From: Candidatus Acidiferrum sp.
Lineage (GTDB): Bacteria; Methylomirabilota; Methylomirabilia; Rokubacteriales; CSP1-6
Length of the DNA stretch: 64,000 bases
Assembly: GCA_035317605.1 (NCBI GenBank)
Contig: DATHGT010000133.1
Span: forward strand, 5,452-69,451
Direction of reading: 5' to 3'
Each line of letters starts with the position of its first letter. Position 1 is the stretch's first letter. The position numbers and the translations under genes were made by a program. Below the pieces are notes generated by a model. That model did no database searches. It was not told the origin of the DNA and saw only the letters and a list, made by a program, of their open reading frames with translations. Shown one piece after another: positions 61,706-64,000 of this stretch.

Positions 61706-62665
61706 ATGAGAGCGCTGGTCACCGGGGGGGCGGGCTTCATCGGCTCCCACCTCACCGAACGCCTGCTCGCCGAAGGGCATGCGGTCACGGTCATCGACGA
61801 CCTCTCCACGGGGCGCTCCGAGAACCTGGCCGCCGTCTCCGGTTCCCCCTCTCTCCGCACGCACTGGGCCTCGATCCTGGAGGACGAGGGGCTCCAGGAG
61901 CTGGTCGACGAGTGCGACGTCGTGTATCACCTTGCCGCGGCGGTCGGCGTCCGCCTGATCCTCGAGCGTCCGGTGGAGACCATCGAGACCAACATCCTGG
62001 GGACGGACCGGATCCTGCGCGCGGCCGCGAAGGGCCAGAAGACGGTGGTCATCGCCTCGACGTCGGAAGTCTACGGAAAGAACGATCAGGTTCCGCTCAA
62101 GGAAGACGACGACGGCATCTTCGGGCCCACCACGAAGAGCCGGTGGAGCTACGCCTGCTCGAAGGCGATCGACGAGTTCCTCGGCCTCGCCTACGTCCGA
62201 GCGCGGGGCCTTCCGGTCGTGATCGTCCGGTACTTCAACACGATCGGGCCCCGCCAGACCGGACAGTACGGCATGGTGGTGCCTCGCTTCGTCCAACAGG
62301 CGCTGGCCGGCCAGCCCATCACCGTGTATGGCGACGGCGAGCAGTCACGGAGCTTCACCGACGTTGACGACGCCGTCCGCGCCACCATCGCGGTATCCCG
62401 CCACCCGCGGGCGGTGGGACAGGTCTTCAACGTCGGCTCCGGGAGCGAGATCACCATCAACCAGCTCGCGGATCGGGTGAAGGTCCTGACCGGGAGCCGC
62501 TCGGAGGTCGTCCACATCCCCTACGAGCAGGCCTACGAAGGCGGGTTCGAGGATCCGCGTCGTCGCGTCCCCAACGTCTCGAAGATCCGGGCCCTCGTCG
62601 ACTTCGTGGCCGCGGTGGACACCACCGCTTCGCTCGAAAAAGTCATCCGTTTCTATCGCCGATAG
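61706..62665 (+). CDS. NAD-dependent epimerase/dehydratase (UDP-HexNAc(A) 4-epimerase or UDP-GlcA decarboxylase-like)
   Basis: 319 aa. MRALVTGGAGFIGSHLTERL, catalytic YACSK. It lies 9 nt downstream of the dehydrogenase. Confidence 0.8.
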   Translation: MRALVTGGAGFIGSHLTERLLAEGHAVTVIDDLSTGRSENLAAVSGSPSLRTHWASILEDEGLQELVDECDVVYHLAAAVGVRLILERPVETIETNILGTDRILRAAAKGQKTVVIASTSEVYGKNDQVPLKEDDDGIFGPTTKSRWSYACSKAIDEFLGLAYVRARGLPVVIVRYFNTIGPRQTGQYGMVVPRFVQQALAGQPITVYGDGEQSRSFTDVDDAVRATIAVSRHPRAVGQVFNVGSGSEITINQLADRVKVLTGSRSEVVHIPYEQAYEGGFEDPRRRVPNVSKIRALVDFVAAVDTTASLEKVIRFYRR

Positions 62666-62701
62666 CGGCGAGAACGACCGGTACTCGCCCTCGCCGGACG
62701 G

Positions 62702-62731
62702 TTGACAAGACAAGCCTTGCCCACCTAGACT
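62702..62731 (+). promoter_or_regulatory. near-consensus sigma70-type promoter (TTGACA-N17/18-TAGACT) upstream of the beta-helix gene
   Basis: TTGACA at 62702..62707 and TAGACT at 62726..62731. The RBS GAGGAGG and ATG at 62858 follow. Confidence 0.35.
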
Positions 62732-62857
62732 GGCGCTCCGGATTCATCGACCCGATTGGGTTGGGAAGACGTAGTGGGAAAGAAGAAGGAGGTGTCGGTT
62801 CAACGCCGCAGTAAACGCAGCATTCACGTCACAGACTTCGCTGAGGAGGCAAGACCC

Positions 62858-63775
62858 ATGAAGTATCTTCGCATCGCCCTGGGCATCGTGGCCGTCGCCC
62901 TTGTCGCACTTATCCTGGTACCGGACGCGCAAGCGCAAGCGACCCGAACGTGGGTGTCCGGTGTCGGCGACGACGTCAACCCGTGCAGCCGCACGGCCCC
63001 GTGCAAGACGTTCGCGGGCGCCATTTCCAAGACCGCTGCGCACGGCGAGATTTCCGTCCTCGATCCCGGCGGCTTCGGCGCGCTCAACATCACCAAGTCG
63101 ATCACGCTCAACGGTGACGGCACCCTGGCCGGCATCCTGGCCGCCGGCACCACCGGCATCATCGTCAACCCGCCGCTCGCGACCGACAAGGTCATGATCC
63201 GCAGCATCACGATCAACGGCGCCAACTCGGGGACCAACGGGATTCGCTTCATCGGCCAGGGCACGCTGACGGTCGAGAACGTGGCGATCTACAGTTTCAA
63301 CGGGGCCCCGGGTCGCGCCCTCGACGTGACGGGCGCCGGCGAAATGATCCTCAACAACGTCACCATCACGGACTGCCAGGCCGGCGTCCGCATCGCGTCC
63401 TCGGGGTCCCACACCGCGACGCTCGACAACGTGCGGATCCAGGACATCAATGGTCATGCCTTCGAAGCCGCGTCGGGTAGCGTCTTCGCCCTGATCACGC
63501 GGTCGAGGTTCACCAACAATGGCGCCGACGCCGTTCGGGCCGGCGTGAGCTCCTCGACCATCATGGTCGAGGACAGCTCGCTCTCGTTCAACAGCGGCAC
63601 GGGCGCGAATGCCGCGGTGTCAGGTTCCAAGATCCGGATCAAGGGCAACAACATCAACGTCAACAACGTCGGCATCGCCATCGCCGGCGGAGCGGTCGTA
63701 GAGTCGACCGGCACCAATACCGTCATCGGGAACGTCAGCAACACCGCCCCGAACGGCACCTACACCCAGCAGTAG
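62858..63775 (+). CDS. secreted right-handed parallel beta-helix repeat protein (pectate-lyase-fold/PbH1 repeats)
   Basis: The start ATG 62858 follows GAGGAGG (track ORF from 62756). Signal peptide MKYLRIALGIVAVALVALILVPDAQAQA. Repetitive G/N/T/I-rich beta-helix rungs (ITLNGDGT..., ITINGANSGTNGIRF..., NNVTITDCQAGVRI...). GC is about 62%. Confidence 0.65.
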   Translation: MKYLRIALGIVAVALVALILVPDAQAQATRTWVSGVGDDVNPCSRTAPCKTFAGAISKTAAHGEISVLDPGGFGALNITKSITLNGDGTLAGILAAGTTGIIVNPPLATDKVMIRSITINGANSGTNGIRFIGQGTLTVENVAIYSFNGAPGRALDVTGAGEMILNNVTITDCQAGVRIASSGSHTATLDNVRIQDINGHAFEAASGSVFALITRSRFTNNGADAVRAGVSSSTIMVEDSSLSFNSGTGANAAVSGSKIRIKGNNINVNNVGIAIAGGAVVESTGTNTVIGNVSNTAPNGTYTQQ

Positions 63776-63796
63776 CCTGCTCGCCTAGCCTCACAC

Positions 63797-63832
63797 GACG
63801 CCGGGCCCCTCGGGGTCCGGCGTCGTCGTTTC
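63797..63832. terminator. putative bidirectional intrinsic terminator between convergent genes
   Basis: GACGCCGGGCCCC-tcgg-GGTCCGGCGTC is a 12-bp stem with one mismatch. It is followed by GTCGTTTC, a weak U-tract. It lies between the stops at 63775 (+) and 63848 (-). Confidence 0.4.
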
Positions 63833-63847
63833 AACCAGCGGACGCGA

Positions 63848-64000
63848 TTACTGGAGTGAACGGAAGTAGTCGACCGTCCGCGCGAGACCCTCGTTGAAAC
63901 CCACCAGGGGAGTGTGGCCGAGCAGCCGTCGGCCCTTGGAGACGTCGGCCAGGGTGTGCGCGATGTCCCCGACCCGGACGGGCGTGTGCCGTCGTTCGAG
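63848..64000 (-). CDS. C-terminal fragment of an NAD-dependent epimerase/dehydratase-family gene (gene continues beyond window end)
   Basis: The minus-strand translation is LERRHTPVRVGDIAHTLADVSKGRRLLGHTPLVGFNEGLARTVDYFRSLQ-stop (TAA at 63850..63848). The ...LGW.P...eGl..tv.yfr ending is typical of extended SDR epimerases. It is not in the ORF track because it is truncated. Confidence 0.5.
   Translation of the reverse strand, partial: LERRHTPVRVGDIAHTLADVSKGRRLLGHTPLVGFNEGLARTVDYFRSLQ

Overview
This 64-kb window has very high GC (about 68-70%) and is almost entirely a surface-glycan biosynthesis, modification and export locus. There are no rRNA, tRNA, CRISPR, transposase or integrase signals.

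Layout, left to right:
(i) A minus-strand block at 1..3300: two methyltransferases, then wzt (ABC ATPase with a C-terminal carbohydrate-binding extension) and wzm (ABC-2 permease).
(ii) A divergent plus-strand pair at 3466..6236: a methyltransferase paralogous to the one at 438..1253, and an O-antigen-ligase/Wzy_C-family membrane protein.
(iii) A minus-strand decoration operon at 11390 down to 6268: a PhyH-like Fe/2OG dioxygenase, a methyltransferase with an extra N-terminal domain, an MBOAT (AlgI-like) O-acyltransferase and an AlgX/AlgJ-like SGNH partner.
(iv) A plus-strand secreted subtilisin (S8) with a C-terminal FG-GAP-like repeat domain, followed by a 1137-aa GT2-GT4-GT2 glycosyltransferase.
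(v) A convergent secreted Ig-like repeat protein carrying the same FG-GAP-like module, encoded by 147-bp tandem DNA repeats.
(vi) After a 430-bp AT-rich leader, a WecA-like initiating transferase fused to a CoA-binding-type Rossmann domain.
(vii) A roughly 35-kb co-directional minus-strand array of about 33 genes (56949 down to 21671). It encodes a complete pseudaminic-acid-type nonulosonic acid pathway (PseB, PseC, PseG, PseI, PseH) and a cytidylyltransferase-aldo/keto-reductase fusion. It also holds an SDR, a WbuX/PseA-HisH-HisF amidotransferase triad (acetamidino formation), several methyltransferases, two KpsC/TagF-like large transferases, a Wzx-like flippase, a second PhyH-like dioxygenase, and a NeuA-like cytidylyltransferase with a Gfo/Idh/MocA oxidoreductase, two NAD-epimerases, a class-I/II aminotransferase and a HAD phosphatase. 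The array continues with a heparinase II/III-like protein, two AsnB-like amidotransferases, GT2 and GT4 transferases, and a Wzy-like membrane protein.
(viii) A methyltransferase, a winged-helix plus Rossmann regulator, a Wzz-like co-polymerase, a UDP-HexNAc 6-dehydrogenase, an epimerase, and a secreted beta-helix protein.

The ORF-track translations carry long Arg/Gly/Pro-rich N-terminal extensions because stop codons are rare at this GC. I re-set starts using start-stop overlaps (GTGA, ATGA, TGATG) and family-typical N-termini. The track writes GTG/TTG starts as M.

The most notable points are: the Pse-type pathway with acetamidino and methyl decorations inside one giant translationally coupled array; a repeated palindromic operator (TGTTCA-N5-TGAAC) that sits upstream of both the pse array and an adjacent regulator gene; several unusual domain fusions; paired PhyH dioxygenases; and two export routes (Wzm/Wzt ABC, and Wzx/Wzy-like/PCP) in one locus.
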